Part shown: one piece after another, positions 11,068 through 24,039 of the stretch | How positions within the stretch are numbered: the first letter of the stretch is position 1 | Layout: every line of letters begins with the position of its first letter | DNA from: Octopus sinensis | Taxonomy: Eukaryota | Reading direction: 5' to 3' | Assembly: GCF_006345805.1 (NCBI RefSeq) | Contig: NC_043001.1 | Location: forward strand, 102,114,001-102,178,000 | DNA length: 64,000 nucleotides | Made by a program: the position numbers and the translations under genes | Notes under the pieces: model-generated | Databases searched by the model: none | What the model was told of the DNA's origin: nothing | Seen by the model: the letters and a program-made list of their open reading frames with translations, nothing else

Positions 11068-12594
11068 TATAAATTGAAATATACCTGTAACTCCATAAAC
11101 ATAAGTTGATTACAGATAAGTACAAAGTAACTAAAACCTAATATAATTAAAACTTAGGTCCACCTAGGTTGTGTCAGAGCCAATCCATATCTTTGTCATT
11201 CCTTTGATGCGCCAAAGGTTGCCATTGAAGTTTGGACAAAGTAAAAAAGCTCTGAGTGAATTTCTTTTAAGGTATTCATATGTTAATGAATTGTTCATTA
11301 GCAGAATCTGTTGTTCTATTCTAAATTTACTTTCATGAGCATCTCTCCTTTCAACACCAAACTTTACATCTACTTATATCTTGCTCCCCCATTGCTAACC
11401 TGCATGGTTCTAAATCTTATGACATTGTTCTGAGGGGTCCTCATTTGGGGTCAGTGAATGTCCACTGTTATTCACTCTTCTTTAGGACCTCCTTTCTGTT
11501 TGTATTCTTGACACTCTCTCCAACAGTTTGTCCTCTTAATCCTCCGTTTCCTCTTCTCACATGACAAGCTGTGATGCACCTAACTTCTATTGTAGTGGAC
11601 AGGGTCTCTGGTCAATAGCTGCTAAGACTGGGTACAAGGTTTTCCTACTCTACCATCTCCAGAACTGTGATGAATTGGGCCTGCTTTTGCTGGTCTCCAC
11701 AGCCTTCTCTTCTACACTTCTCCAGAGCAAATGCCCACAAAAGCTATAATAACTGAGATTCTCTCCGTCCATCATTTGTCTCTTCACGCTTTCTTAATTG
11801 AGTATACAACGGAGATGGATTTTTCATTATATCATGTTTTAATTAACTTTGTAGTACTCAGAGCCATAAAGACTTGTCTATCATGAATCCCCTTTCCAAC
11901 CACATATCTCCTCTCCTTACCTCTGCTCTGCATTCATCATACATTGTGATATGAACGTGATAACAAACCAGGAATCAATTCTATAGCTGATGCCCTTCAC
12001 CGTCCATCACTTAAGTCTCTTTGATCCAAGAACTGGAGCACAAAGGTATGTGTGACTATGTCTTTTCATTGTGTCCTTGATGCAGAACAGCGGGTAAACA
12101 ATCCTATTGGTGTTACTGCTTTGGTTTGTGACTACTTCTCGCCACACATTAGACAGGACCACTTACTGTCGTTCATTTTGAGGGCAACTGAAATCTTCCA
12201 TCATTTTATCCTGAACAAATATATGGCCTTTTTTTTTGCAATATTTTGTGGATATACTCCTCTGGCAGAGATGCTTTTCCTTGAGTTATATTGGACCTTT
12301 TGGTTGCAAATGCCAAAACAGGCATAACTGCTGTTTTCAAAAATGGTTTATTTATAATTTCATTAGGCATGTGTATACAAATGTAACACACACACAACAG
12401 AAAAAAAGACTTTAAAACACCACCAGAAACAAACCAAAACTCCATAAAAAAGCAAAAGTATTACTGTGTACTAACATAGGTCTACATCACAAAAACACAC
12501 CTGCTTCATACACCTGAGCAACATGGAAGTACACCCTAGGGATCCAAGACAAACTCACATAAACAGTTTGAAAATAACGATAGTAATTTTTTAC

Positions 12595-12880
12595 TTTAGG
12601 GGAGGTGGCAAGTCAGTTTACATTGATCCCAGAGCACAGCTGGTACTTAACTTATCAACCCTGATAGGATGAAAGGCAGTCTCGGTGGAATTTGAACTCT
12701 GAGCATAAAGCCAGAAGAATTGATGCTAAACATTTTGTCCAACACAACAATGATTCTGTCCAGTTCACAGTACTTCTTTTATCAATCCTGAAAGGAAAAG
12801 TCAACCTTGGCAGAATTTGAACTCAGAACATAAAGATGGATGAAATGCCACTAAGAATAACATTTCTGCCAGCTCACTGC
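12595..12880 (-). mobile_element. Two degenerate SINE family B fragments
   Basis: GGCAGAATTTGAACTCAGAAC and GGATGAAAGG motifs repeated. Confidence 0.65.
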
Positions 12881-13989
12881 TTTCCTCTTATGTAATAATG
12901 GAACTTCTTTGCCTGACAATGCAATATGTGCCATAAGCTATTGGTTTATCATGGGAAGCACTGAAGACTTAAGAAGTCTTTGACTGTGAACTCCTCTCAT
13001 TCCTTTTTAAGCAATTAACCAAAAAACAAAATTAATGGTACAAATTTTTTCAAATTTTTTAAATAGTGGAGATGTAATTGTATCAATCATGAGATTCCCA
13101 GAGGCAAGCATTGTTTAAGTTAAGTTATACGGTTCTAATTGTAAAGACATACATTCAGTTTGCTAATAGCTAATTTTGTTTTGTATGTTTTCCATTCTCA
13201 ATGGCACACAACTTCCAGACTTTCACAATCTCAAAACCAAATATCAACAGATGATAAATTCTATTCCAATCTTTGAACTGGACTTGTGTTCATTGTTGAG
13301 TGTGTGTGTACGTTTTGTGAAACCATTTATGATATGAAGAAGTCTGAGTAGAATCTAGATTTTATTAATGTTAGTTCCTGTATTGTTTTGGCGAGTTTTT
13401 TGTTGGTTTTTCTTTCTTTCTTTTTTTTTGTATTCAGGAATCTCTTTCTCTGTTGCTTTTAATATCTGAGATCTTAATTTCCATTCTTAGTCACCGTTTG
13501 TTCTTGTTTTGTTTCTTTGTTTTATGGATGACTTAGTACAATCTTATACAATACACTGCAATTCCACAGAATTTAATATGAAACAATGTAATAGAAGACA
13601 ATAAAGAATTATTATTCTCTGAAATTCAAGACACAAAGTAAAACGGTAAAAATAAATGAAATATCTGATGAGGTTTGTAGGGTGAAGTCAATCTTGAAGG
13701 AAGGCAACCAAACGAGGTGGGATGACCACCATGTTTGAACAATTACAAATGAAAATAATCTTGAGAAATAAAAATGGCGAAATGTTATAAAACACAGCAA
13801 AGAAAATTTGCCATTAGTTGCCGTATCATTTAAAACAATAATCTATTATTTCACTCATTTCTGCAAATACATAAATCACACACATACGTTTGTGTGTGTG
13901 TGTACAGATAAGTATATATAGGTATGTATGTTATATTATCAAATACAGTGTATGTTATGTATACTATGCAATATTATAGTGTGTGTATA

Positions 13990-14393
13990 TCATCATTATC
14001 ATCATCGTTTAACATCCACTTTCCATGCTGGCATGGGTTGGACGATTTTGACTGAGGGCTGGCGAACCAGATGGCTGCACCAGGCTCCAATCTTGATCTG
14101 GCGGAGTTTCTACACCTGGATGCCCTTCCTAACGCCAACCACTTCATGAGTGTAGTGGGTGTTATTTACGTGCCATCGGCACAGGGGCCAGAGAAGGCTG
14201 GCAAACAGCCATGATGAGTTGGTGCTTTTACATGTCACCGACACGGATGCTAGTCAGGCGGTGCTGGCATCTGCCATTTTCGGACGAGGCTTTTTACGTG
14301 CCTCCGGCACAGGGATCACAACTACAATTTCCATTTGATTTTTTTGATGTTGATGTACTCGACTCAATAAGTCTCCTCAAGCACAGCAGGTCA

Positions 14394-14400
<7 letters not shown>
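13990..14400 (-). mobile_element. RTE 3' end fragment
   Basis: (CAT)n CGTTTAACATCC...TGGATGCCCTTCCTAACGCCAACC. Confidence 0.85.
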
Positions 14401-14436
<36 letters not shown>

Positions 14437-14439
14437 TAT

Positions 14440-14484
<45 letters not shown>

Positions 14485-14514
14485 ATATATATATACATAC
14501 ATTTATATATATAC

Positions 14515-14566
<52 letters not shown>

Positions 14567-14663
14567 ATATAGTTTCTCTTTGAAAGCACATATGTCACTT
14601 GTACTTTGCTTAGTAATGTACTAATATTAATAAGTTACATATTAATGAGTACTTAACATTTAC

Positions 14664-14808
14664 TTTTAGACGTAAGCAGAATAAGTCTTTTGATTGGAAA
14701 ACAAAGTGAATTTTGATCGAAATCCAATTTGTAACTGGCAAATGTTTCTCTCCCATCGGTGGTTACTGAATATTCGCTGACAATGAAATCTGTTTCCATA
14801 AACTGACT
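14664..14808 (-). CDS. Possible isolated coding exon (SQFMETDFIVSEYSVTTDGRETFASYKLDFDQNSLCFPIKRLILLTSK), product unknown
   Basis: 48 open codons between cctag| and |gtaaat in non-repeat DNA, with an in-frame stop just outside the acceptor. The polypyrimidine tract is weak and no homology was recognised. Confidence 0.3.
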
Positions 14809-15142
14809 CTAGGATATCACTTAATATATTACTATACGACATTATTTTCTCTTATGTAAAAGAGTAAAAAAATAAAAGGATAGATGTAAGAATAGTCAGA
14901 CCTAAAAACTAATAGAAAAAGAGAAAACTTGCATGCACCATATATACACACACCATATATACACACTTTATATATACACTCCATATATATATATATATAT
15001 ATATACATACATATACACACACACATATTCAGTGTTTTCAATAAGCAAGATAGCTTTTAACGTGATGTTGAAATGCTGAATAATTTATCAGATATCTAGT
15101 TTATGCACACACACACACACCTGTTACACATGTATTTATTTA

Positions 15143-15176
<34 letters not shown>

Positions 15177-15182
15177 CATACA

Positions 15183-15218
<36 letters not shown>

Positions 15219-15319
15219 TACGCTATACATATATATATATATGTAGTGTATATACATATGTACAGTGTGTGTGTGTGTGTGTGCAAGCATACATTCAGAT
15301 ATATAAAATTGTTTAGGTA

Positions 15320-15495
15320 TCAGCATTATCGTTTAACATCTGTTTTCCATGCTGGCATGGGTTGGACGGTTTGACAGGAGCTTGCAAGCCAGAGGACTGC
15401 TCTGTTGTTTGCCTTGGCATAGTCTCTATGCCTTGATGCCCTTCCTAATGCCAAACACTTTACTGAGTACATTAGGTGCTTTTATGTGGCACCAG
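15320..15495 (-). mobile_element. RTE 3' end fragment
   Basis: CGTTTAACATCTG..CCATGCTGGCATGGGTTGG..GATGCCCTTCCTAATGCC. Confidence 0.8.
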
Positions 15496-15599
15496 AACAC
15501 ACACACTCACACACACACACACACGAAGACAGAGAGCAAAGCAAATACAAAAAACAGCAAAAGTCCAAGGAAGAGTCTCAGTTGTTGTTATTCAGTTGA

Positions 15600-17400
15600 T
15601 GCTCAAGAAGGGAGAAATCTGTAGAGTAGAAGTATATTTTAAACATGGTCCTTCGTCAGGTCCTAAAGAAAAGTCCAGGAAAAACTGGGAAGAAAGGACC
15701 GGAGATGAAAGAAAGGAAAGAGTAAAGAAAAAGCTGCACTTTGGTTCCCATGTTTGGCCTCTGATAAGCTGGAAGTGTGAGAGGTGTTTGTGGTGTTAAT
15801 GCTGCCTGCTGGTGAATTTACAATATCTATTTCTAGTGTTATGTTTCTCTTTATTAATATATCTAAGAGGGTGGGGTTGTCATCACTGAATGACTTTGGG
15901 AATTGAATATGAGAGTGTGTTATTGAAATTTTGCAATTGGTTCAGTTTACCAAAATTTTCCTTCCATAAGTAGAAACAATTATCTTGCAATCTCTTCCAG
16001 TTATCTTTCAAAGAATTTGTTTTCCAAAGCTGAATTTGTCTTCAAAGATTTTTTTAGAATTATTCATAAATCTTCATTCATAGTATCTCATAATTAAATT
16101 GGTATATGTTGGAGCAAGTTTGGATTCCATGGCCATTCTTGACTTTTATTGGGCATCTGTGTTCCCAAGCATAAAATGTTTCTATTTCAAAAGGGGCCAT
16201 CCACAAGCTGCTTATTGATACATCCTGGTATAAGTAAAAGAACATAATCAGTATTTGATAAGTTTTGATTCCATAACTGTGAGGAATGTTGCTATATTTA
16301 GGTTCATAGTATCAAATGGAACAATATAGGTATTTTTGTTTCTGTATTAGCAAAAGACTTGAGTTTCCAAAGAAAATTTCGTTAAAGCTCCTTATTGCTT
16401 GAAGTAAGACTTCAGTAGAAAGTCTAGGAAGTTACTTCAGCAGTATTTTTTGCAATACAAACCTGTATTTCAATTTTACGTCTATTGATGAGTTCACACA
16501 GCTGCTCTTTGCCCTTTCGCATCATCATCATCATGATCATCATGATCTGGCAAAGTTTCTACAGCTGGATGTCCTTCCTAATGCCAACCACTCTGAGAGT
16601 GTAGTGGGTACTTTAACGTGCCACTGGCATGAGGGCTAGTCAGGTGGTTCTGGCAACGACCACGCACAAAAGGTGTTTTTCACGTACCGCTGGCACATGT
16701 GCCAGTAAGGCAATGCTGGCAATGATCCTGCTCAAATGGTGCTTTTCACATGTCACCACATGGGAGCCAATCTGTGGCACTGGAAACGATCATGCTCGGG
16801 TGTTCTTTTAACGTTCCACTGCCACGAGTGCCAATCAAGCTTCATGTATCTGGATAGTCCAGAGAAGTTGTTTGATCTCTGTTTGGAGTTTGTATGGCAA
16901 TCCAGTTCTTTATCAGTGAAAGAATTTCAGTTCATGTGTACCAAAGTGGTGAGTAGTTTTATGATTTTGACAGGTCTGTAATTTATGGTTTCTTCATAAT
17001 AAATATTGTCTTGTAGCGTATTTAATACAATATTCATGTGATATTCTGTATCCATAATAACAACCAAATCACTTTTGTTGGCTTCTTTAATAATTACATT
17101 TTTGTCAAGTTTAAAATCTGTCAGATGGTTCCATTGTAGTCTGCTAAGGATGGAGTTTATTTGCTTTGTTTTCAGTTTTTCTTTTGGGAAGTTTGAAATA
17201 TATTCATGGAATTCATCAAAAGTTGTATTTTTGCTTCCTTTTAGGATGTATCTTGTTTTTGTTTTTCATTACTTTCATCTTCGTTACTGCCTCCAAACAA
17301 ACTATTCTGCTAATCTGTTTTCTGCAGAATTCTATATGCTTGGTTTTATGTAAACTTATAAAAATTTGAACATTAAATTGTAAGACAACCCTATATTTTA
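15600..17400 (-). mobile_element. Decayed Penelope-like element RT, interrupted by an RTE 3' fragment (16517-16830)
   Basis: Minus-strand peptides IIKEANKSDLVVIMDTEY (~17050-17100) and MAMESKLAPTYTNLIM (~16090-16140), matching PLE RT motifs IKxADKG and AMGSxLAPTYAN; CTGACGAAGGAC remnant near 15655. Confidence 0.75.
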
Positions 17401-20400
17401 CAGAAGATTCAGCACCATCCTGCTTGATGTAACAGTGTCATTTATCTCTGTATATGCTCCACATGTCAGGTTCACAGATATTCAGGAGGACCCTTTCCAT
17501 GGACCTTCCAGCACACCACCTCGACAACAATAGACAACGATGTTCTCATTATGGCAAGGGACCTAAATGGCTATGTTGGGAAACCTTCTGATGGTTTTCA
17601 TGACATGCACAGAGACTTCAGCTTTGGCTCCAGAAATGAGGATGGAACAAGGCTGCAGGAGTTCTGTGATGCAAATGGCTTAATAGCTTGTAGCACCAAC
17701 TTCAGGAAACCGGCCAGGCACCTGATCACTTATCAGTCTGGTGGGCACACTAGCCAGATTGACTACATCCTCACCAGAAACAGGGACAGGCATATGCTCA
17801 TGAATACAAAGTCTTTCTCAGGTGAAGAATGCACAGCTCAGCATAGGTTAATGGCTAGCGACTTTGGACTTAGGACTAGAAGGATCCAGAAACAAAACAG
17901 ATATGGAAAAGGTGGCTCAGGAAGCTCAAAGATCCTTCAAATGAGCAGAGATTTAGAGATGTCTTGAATGAAGCTTTTGATGAGAAGGAAGTAAGGATGA
18001 AGACATACGACATAGCAGACAAGTGGACATTCTTATGAAACAATCTAGTGAGGGTGACAGGCCGAATCTATGGTTGGAGCAAAGCTGCTGCCAGACCAAG
18101 GGTGACATGGTGGTGGAACATGAAGGTAGACAGGGCTACAAAAGAGAAGAGATAGGCCCTGAAAGACTGGAAGAGTGGGGTGGCCAGATAGCAAAAAGAG
18201 AAGTTAGGCATCAGGTATATCTAGCTTGGGCAGGAGCAGAGAGGAAGAGGTTTGCCAAAGTCTTACAGCATGAAGATCAGAGACTTGAGATGTTCTGGAT
18301 TGCCAGACAGTGTGTTAGAGAGAATCGAGATGTTTTGGGGGAGAAGTGTGTACAGAGAGGTAATGGTTTGCTTGCTCTCAGTGATCCTGAAAAGAAAGAG
18401 GTATGGAAGAGCTATTATAAAGAAAGAAAAAACTATCAAATGTGGAGAATGAATGGAAGAAAGGAAGTCTGCCTCATGTGAACCCAAGAGAGGAACCAGC
18501 TATCTTAGTTGACAGCAGCATGGTAGATGAAGCAATTAGAGATATGAAAACAAGACCCCTTGTCTATCAGGAGTCACTGCCATGATGCTCCAGATATCTG
18601 GCAGGGCTGGGTACCCTCTAGTCACTTGTATAGTTTATCAGGTTATTCAGGAAAGCATAATACCTAGTGACTGGTGCAGCAGCATCATAGTCAGCTGCTA
18701 CAAGGGCAAGGGAGATGCCTTATCATCATCATCATTTAACGTCCACTTTCCATGCTGGCATGGGTTAGACAGTTTGACTGGAACTAGTAAGCCAGAGAGC
18801 TGCACCACATTTCAGTCTGATTTGGTATGGTTTCTATGGCTGGATGCCCTTCCTAACGCCAACCACTCCAAGAATGTAATGGGTGCTTTTTAAGTGCCAC
18901 CAGCACAGGTGCCATTTTCATGACACTGACAACAGCCACGACTATGGTTTCACTTGGTTTGACAAAGAAGTAATTAAAGGGGCATCAAATTACTAGACCA
19001 GGTAATGAAAGTTGTGGAAAGAGATACAGCTCAATTAATTAAGAACAGAATGAGACTGGATGAAATGCAGTTTGGCTTTGTCTTGGAAAGAAGCAGCACA
19101 GATGCTACTTTCATAGTCAGGCAACTGCAAGAGAAATATTTAGCTAAGAACAAGCCATTGTACTTGGCATTTGTTGAAAATCTTTCAACAGAGGGCCTTG
19201 GTCTCTGAGGAAGCTAGCGATAGATGAAAGAAGTAGAGGCCATGTACAGGGGTGCTGTTAGTGAGGTGAGAGTTGACCATGGGTACAGTGATGAATTTAG
19301 TGTACAGGTAGGTGTCCACTAAGGGTCAGTCCTTAATCCCATCCAATTCATCATTGTCCTCCAGGACATAACAGAGTAATTTAAGACTGGAATTCCATGG
19401 GAACTCCTATATGCTGATTATTGTGTATTCATAGTAGAATCTCAAATAGGATTAGAAAAAAAATTGCAGGTGTGGAAACAGAACCTGGAATCAAAGGATC
19501 TTAAAGTAAACTTAGCAAAGACCAAGGTCCTTGTAAGCAAGAAATTGGACAGAACCCTTCACCCTTCTGGTAAATGGCCCTGCTCGATATACAGGAAGGG
19601 TTTAGGTAGAAATTCCATTTGGTGTACCCAGTGCAAGCTATGGACACATAAGAAGTCTCATGGAACAGTAGGAAGATTAACAGAGAAAGTAGTGTTTGTA
19701 TGTGGAAAATGTCCCAGTGACTCTCTGGAAGTTGTATGTAATTTTTGCCACATAGATGACCTAATTAGCAGCGGAGGAAGTTGTACAGAAAGTGTAATTG
19801 CTAGAATAAGAATAAGATGGACAAAAATCAGAGAGCTTTTACTTCTGTTGGCAATCAAAGTCCTCTCTCCCTGAGTTAAGGGGAGATTGTATGATGCATG
19901 TATGCGAACTGTGATGCTGCATGGTAGTGAGATGTGGGCCTTGAAGGCTGGAGAGGAATGAAGCTGGTTTGCTCTGCTGGATGTGTGATGTCAGTGTGCA
20001 TGTGTAGCAGAGCCCTGGAGAGAAGTTAGGCATAAGAGGAATTATATGCAGTGTGTAAGAGTGGAGACTGCACTGGTTTGGTCATGTGATGTTGATGGAT
20101 GGGGACAGTTGCATAAATTCCAATCACTTAAAGTGGGGGAAAGTTGTGGAAGAGGGAAACCCACGAAGACTTGGGACCAAGTATTGAAGGTTTATCTTAA
20201 AACAGTGAACCTTACAAAGATGACAGAAGACCAAGATATGTGTGGCATTGCTATACTCAAGATGACCTGCCCATCACAACAGAATCGAGATCCTTAAACC
20301 AAAGTGCCACATAAAAAGCACTGGTGTGGGTGCTGATGCCATGAAAAGAGCACCCAGAACATTCTGTTAAGTGCTTAGCTTTAGGAAGGGTATCCAGCCA

Positions 20401-20520
20401 GAGAAACCAAGCTGAAACAGACCCTGGAGCCTGGTATGGCCCCAGGCCTCACCAGCTCTTGTCAGACCATCCAGTCGATGCCAGTATGGAAAAGTATGGA
20501 CATTAAATGATGATGATAAA
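17400..20520 (+). mobile_element. Near full-length but heavily disrupted RTE LINE (APE-RT-PHD-like finger-C-terminus-3' UTR)
   Basis: APE: ARDLNGYVG...SQIDYILTR (17551-17967). RT: IVSCYKGKGDAL, MQFGFV..STDATFIVRQLQEKY, KVNLAKTK. (GAT)n tail at ~20510. Nested RTE 3' insertion at 18722-18960. Confidence 0.92.
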
Positions 20521-20617
20521 CAGCTGTCAGTTTGTGTAGAGATGGACAAGGAGTGATAGATACAATTATATGTGTATATGTGTATACACTCATTTACACA
20601 CATTTGTGTATGTGTAT

Positions 20618-21016
20618 TACTCTTTTACTTGTTTCAGTCATTTGACTGCGGCCATGCTGGAGCACCGCCTTTAGTCGAGCAAATCGACCCCGAGACTTAT
20701 TCTTTGTAAGCCCAGTACCTATTCTATCGGTCTCTTTTGCCGAACCGCTAAGTTACGGGGACGCAAACACACCAGCATCGGTTGTCAAGCAATGCTAGGG
20801 GGACAAACACAGACATACAAACACACACACACATATATATATATACATATATACGACAGGCTTCATTCAGTTTCCGTCTACCAAATCCACTCACAAGGCA
20901 TTGGTCGGCCTGGGGCTATAGTAGAAGACACTTGCCCAAGATGCCACGCAGTGGGACTGAACCCAGAACCATGTGGTTGGTTAGCAAGCTACTTACCACA
21001 CAGCCACTCCTGCGCC
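20618..21016 (-). mobile_element. SINE family A, full length
   Basis: Reverse complement of family A, ending CCACTCCTGCGCC. Confidence 0.9.
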
Positions 21017-21699
21017 TGTATGTGTATATTTATGTAACATCATGTCCAAATTCATTTGAGTATATTAAATATGAGAAGTCTTTTAGCTGAAGGAATAGTG
21101 CCAGCTGTGAATTCTCCACCAGATGTGTGTCAAAGCACATTTGCTTTGTGCTGTGAGTTGAATTTGTGGTGCAAGCACCAGGTTGTGTCCTTAAGCAAGA
21201 TTGACCTGCTCCATAAATGTTGCACTCAGCCAAAGGTGAGTATTAGCTGAGTACTGACACAGCTCTCCCTTGTGCCAGATGTCAAGTTCTAGATGTGCCA
21301 CAGAATCAAAGGGTGGCACAGTGAAAAGAGTTTCTGTGTGTTCATGACTATAATCATGGTGCATGTCGCCAAGCCATACTTGTTCGCAGGTCACGACTAA
21401 CTCTTAGATAAAGATATAGACATTTAATTAAACACATGTATAAAAATATATTCAATTATAATATTAATTATATTGTATATTATAAATCAAACAACTGAAT
21501 ATTCTCAGTCAGAAATTCTCACCAAAATAGACATTTAATTACAGATATATACTTTTGTGTGTGTGTGTGTGTGTGAAAATAAAGTTTGTTTACACCAATG
21601 CATGAAAAGTCGATTACACCTATGTTTGGAGGGCGACCACTGTTGTTATGTAATGCTAGGGAATTTCAGTGGGTTAACAGAACCTACGTAACTGAACTT

Positions 21700-21780
21700 T
21701 TCTCAGACTGTTGTTTTCTTCTGAAGAAGAGCCTTTAAGCCTGAAATATAAAATTTTCAATAAACATTCCATATTGTCAA
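21700..21780 (+). mobile_element. PLE-type terminus with degenerate minimal HHR
   Basis: TTCTT-CTGAAGA-AGAGC-ctttaa-GCCT-GAAATATA-AAA followed by AATAAA. Confidence 0.4.
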
Positions 21781-21839
21781 AAGCTGTCTATTTTCTCTCT
21801 TTGTACATTCTTCAATATTTCAAGTGAACTACAGTGCAC

Positions 21840-22052
21840 CTGGCAGAAACGTTAGCACGCTGGGCGAAATGCGTGGCCGTTTTTCGTCTGCCGTTACGTT
21901 CTGAGTTCAAATTCCGCCGAGGTCGACTTTGCCTTTCATCCTTTCGGGGTCGATAAATTAAGTACCAGTTACGCACTGGGGTCGATGTAATCGACTTAAT
22001 CCGTTTGTCTGTCCTTGTTTGTCCTCTCTGTGTTTAGCCCCATGTGGGTAGT
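21840..22052 (+). mobile_element. SINE family B
   Basis: TGGCAGAAACGTTAGCACG...GAGTTCAAATTCCGCCGAGGTCGAC. Confidence 0.88.
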
Positions 22053-22460
22053 TATATATATATATATATATATATATATAATGAGAATTTTCAGATACCT
22101 GTGCTTGTCCATGTTGCTGTATATATATAACTTGTTTCAGTCATTGGAGAGCAGCCATGCCAGGACATTGCTTTGAAGCATTTAATTGAATTAATCCAAC
22201 ACCAGTCTTTATTTTTAAGCTTAGTACTTATTTTATCAGTTATTTAATATGTTTAATTCCTCCTAAGATAGCTGGTATGGAAAAAATATAGCCCCATATT
22301 TCCACACTTGCTGTCTCTGAGGAACACATATATTAGATTACCATCCAAATATCTGGTGTGAAACTGATTTGTAAAATTGGTTGTAATGGACCTCTCTATT
22401 CATAAAGATAGGAGTGCTTATTTCTTTTCTGACTTAGGGCTCCTTACATTATAGTATATA

Positions 22461-22814
22461 GGCATGGCTGTGTGGTAGGAAGCTTGCTTCCCAACTACAT
22501 GGTTCCAGGTTCAGTCCCAGTGCCTGGCCTCTTAGGCAAGTGTCTTCCGCTATAGCTTCAGGCCGACCAATGCCTTGTGAATGGATTTGGTAGATGGAAA
22601 CTGAAAGAAGCCTGTCATATGTATTTGTGTGTCAGTGTTTCTTCCCCCAACATCACTTAACAATCAATGTTGGTGTGTTTACGTCCCAGTAACTTCGTGG
22701 TTCGGCAAAAGAGACCAATAGTATAAGTACTAGGCTTACAAAGAATAAGTCCTAGGGTCAATTTGTTCAACTAAAGGTGGTGCTCCAGCATGGCTGCAGT
22801 CACATGACTGAAAC
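22461..22814 (+). mobile_element. SINE family A, degenerate
   Basis: Homology to 10655-11067. Confidence 0.8.
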
Positions 22815-23603
22815 CATGGGATGGTCATTTTTTTTTTTGCCAATAAACACACATTCTCTATATTTGTTCTTCACTCGATTATTACTGTTCTTATTCTTGT
22901 TTTTTAAATTTAACTCATGTCCATTGTCTGGAAATTTTTCATCACACATCTGTGACCTCTTCTGTGACACTTTTCATTTTCATAAGTGCTCTTGCTCTAA
23001 GATGTGTATCCTTGTGTGTATGTAGATGTGTGTGGATGTGTGTGTATGGCCTTCCCCTCAACCCCATTATCTCACCTCATTGTGCTGCTGCTGTCCTAAG
23101 ACCTGAAAGTTTGGTACAGTTCCTGTATCTCTCTGTGTTTGTGTGTTCACCCACTGTGTTGCCATCATAGTAGTTGTGGCTATTATTGCTATCATTGTCA
23201 CTGCTACTGCTGTTGTCATTGTTATTCGTGTTATTGATATTGTGGCTGTTAGTGTGTGTGTGTATGGGTTTGCTTCATATGTTGTTTGTATTCATGCCTA
23301 TTATATGGATTTTTGTATTATTTATATTTTGTCTATCTCTTTTTCTTATATTTATCACAAATATGTGACAAATATATTTATTTATTTTCATTTTTATTTT
23401 TATATATTTATCACTATATTTTATACGTATCACAGGTAATGCATATATGTCTATTGTGTGTGTATTACTCTGTATGTGTTTCTGTATAATTAACGATTTT
23501 TTCCTCTCCTCTTGTCATGTGGTGTGGTGGTGGGTGTTACTATTCCATTAACATTTTCTATTGAGGCTCTGTGACCTGTCAAAGTGCCGTGGCAAATGTA
23601 AAG

Positions 23604-23638
<35 letters not shown>

Positions 23639-23708
23639 CACGTGTGTATACACGTTTATGAATTTGTGTTGCAAGATCCTTGATGTGAAGTTGTGTCTTG
23701 AAAGAGAC

Positions 23709-23978
23709 ATTGTTGTATTTCGGGATGGTAATTTTTTTTTTTTTGCCAAATAAGCACACCCACTATATATTCATTCTGAATAGAATGCAATAAGCAGAGC
23801 AAGAGTGCACACGAAGAAGGAAAGTGTCACTGAGGAGGTCACAGGTGTGTGACAAAAGATTTCTGGACAATGGACTGGAGTTAGAATAAAAACAGTTATA
23901 AATGAATGAAGAGCAAATATATAGTGCGTATGTGTATTTGGTAAAGAAAAAAAAATGACCATTCCAAAATACAACAAT
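23709..23978. mobile_element. MITE-like element with ~45 bp terminal inverted repeats (partial second copy at ~22818-23000)
   Basis: ATTGTTGTATTTCGGGATGGTAATTTT... and ...AAAAATGACCATTCCAAAATACAACAAT. Confidence 0.75.
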
Positions 23979-24039
23979 ATATTATGTCCAACTTATCCCT
24001 CAGGGTGCTCACCCTCTTGTCAGTGTGCATACATGACAG

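Larger units (their letters stand above)
7561..11087 (+). mobile_element. Tigger/pogo DNA transposon relic, interrupted by RTE and SINE insertions and an internal inversion
   Basis: TA|CAGGCATGCCTCAATTT at 7561 and AAATTGAAATATACCTG|TA ending 11087 (13/17 TIR match). DDE-domain peptide GFPATIVKIIEDNGLIFNVDETGLFWKRM at ~9720-9810. HTH-psq-like N-terminus (TVSLEDKLSMIKHY; KEMERL..WLE) on the minus strand at ~7960-8300. Confidence 0.85.

Noticed and set aside
11340-12000. Possible ancient LINE-derived segment
   Set aside because: Too decayed to assign any motif with confidence.
13660-13730. CTGATGA followed by a stem and AAAC (HHR-like)
   Set aside because: Lacks G12 of GAAA, has G at the cleavage position and no stem I.
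21087-21235. Exon-like open frame with a strong donor AAG|gtgagt
   Set aside because: The minus strand resembles a decayed SINE central domain (TCTTGCTTAAGGACACAAC), and the donor falls in that motif; no protein similarity.
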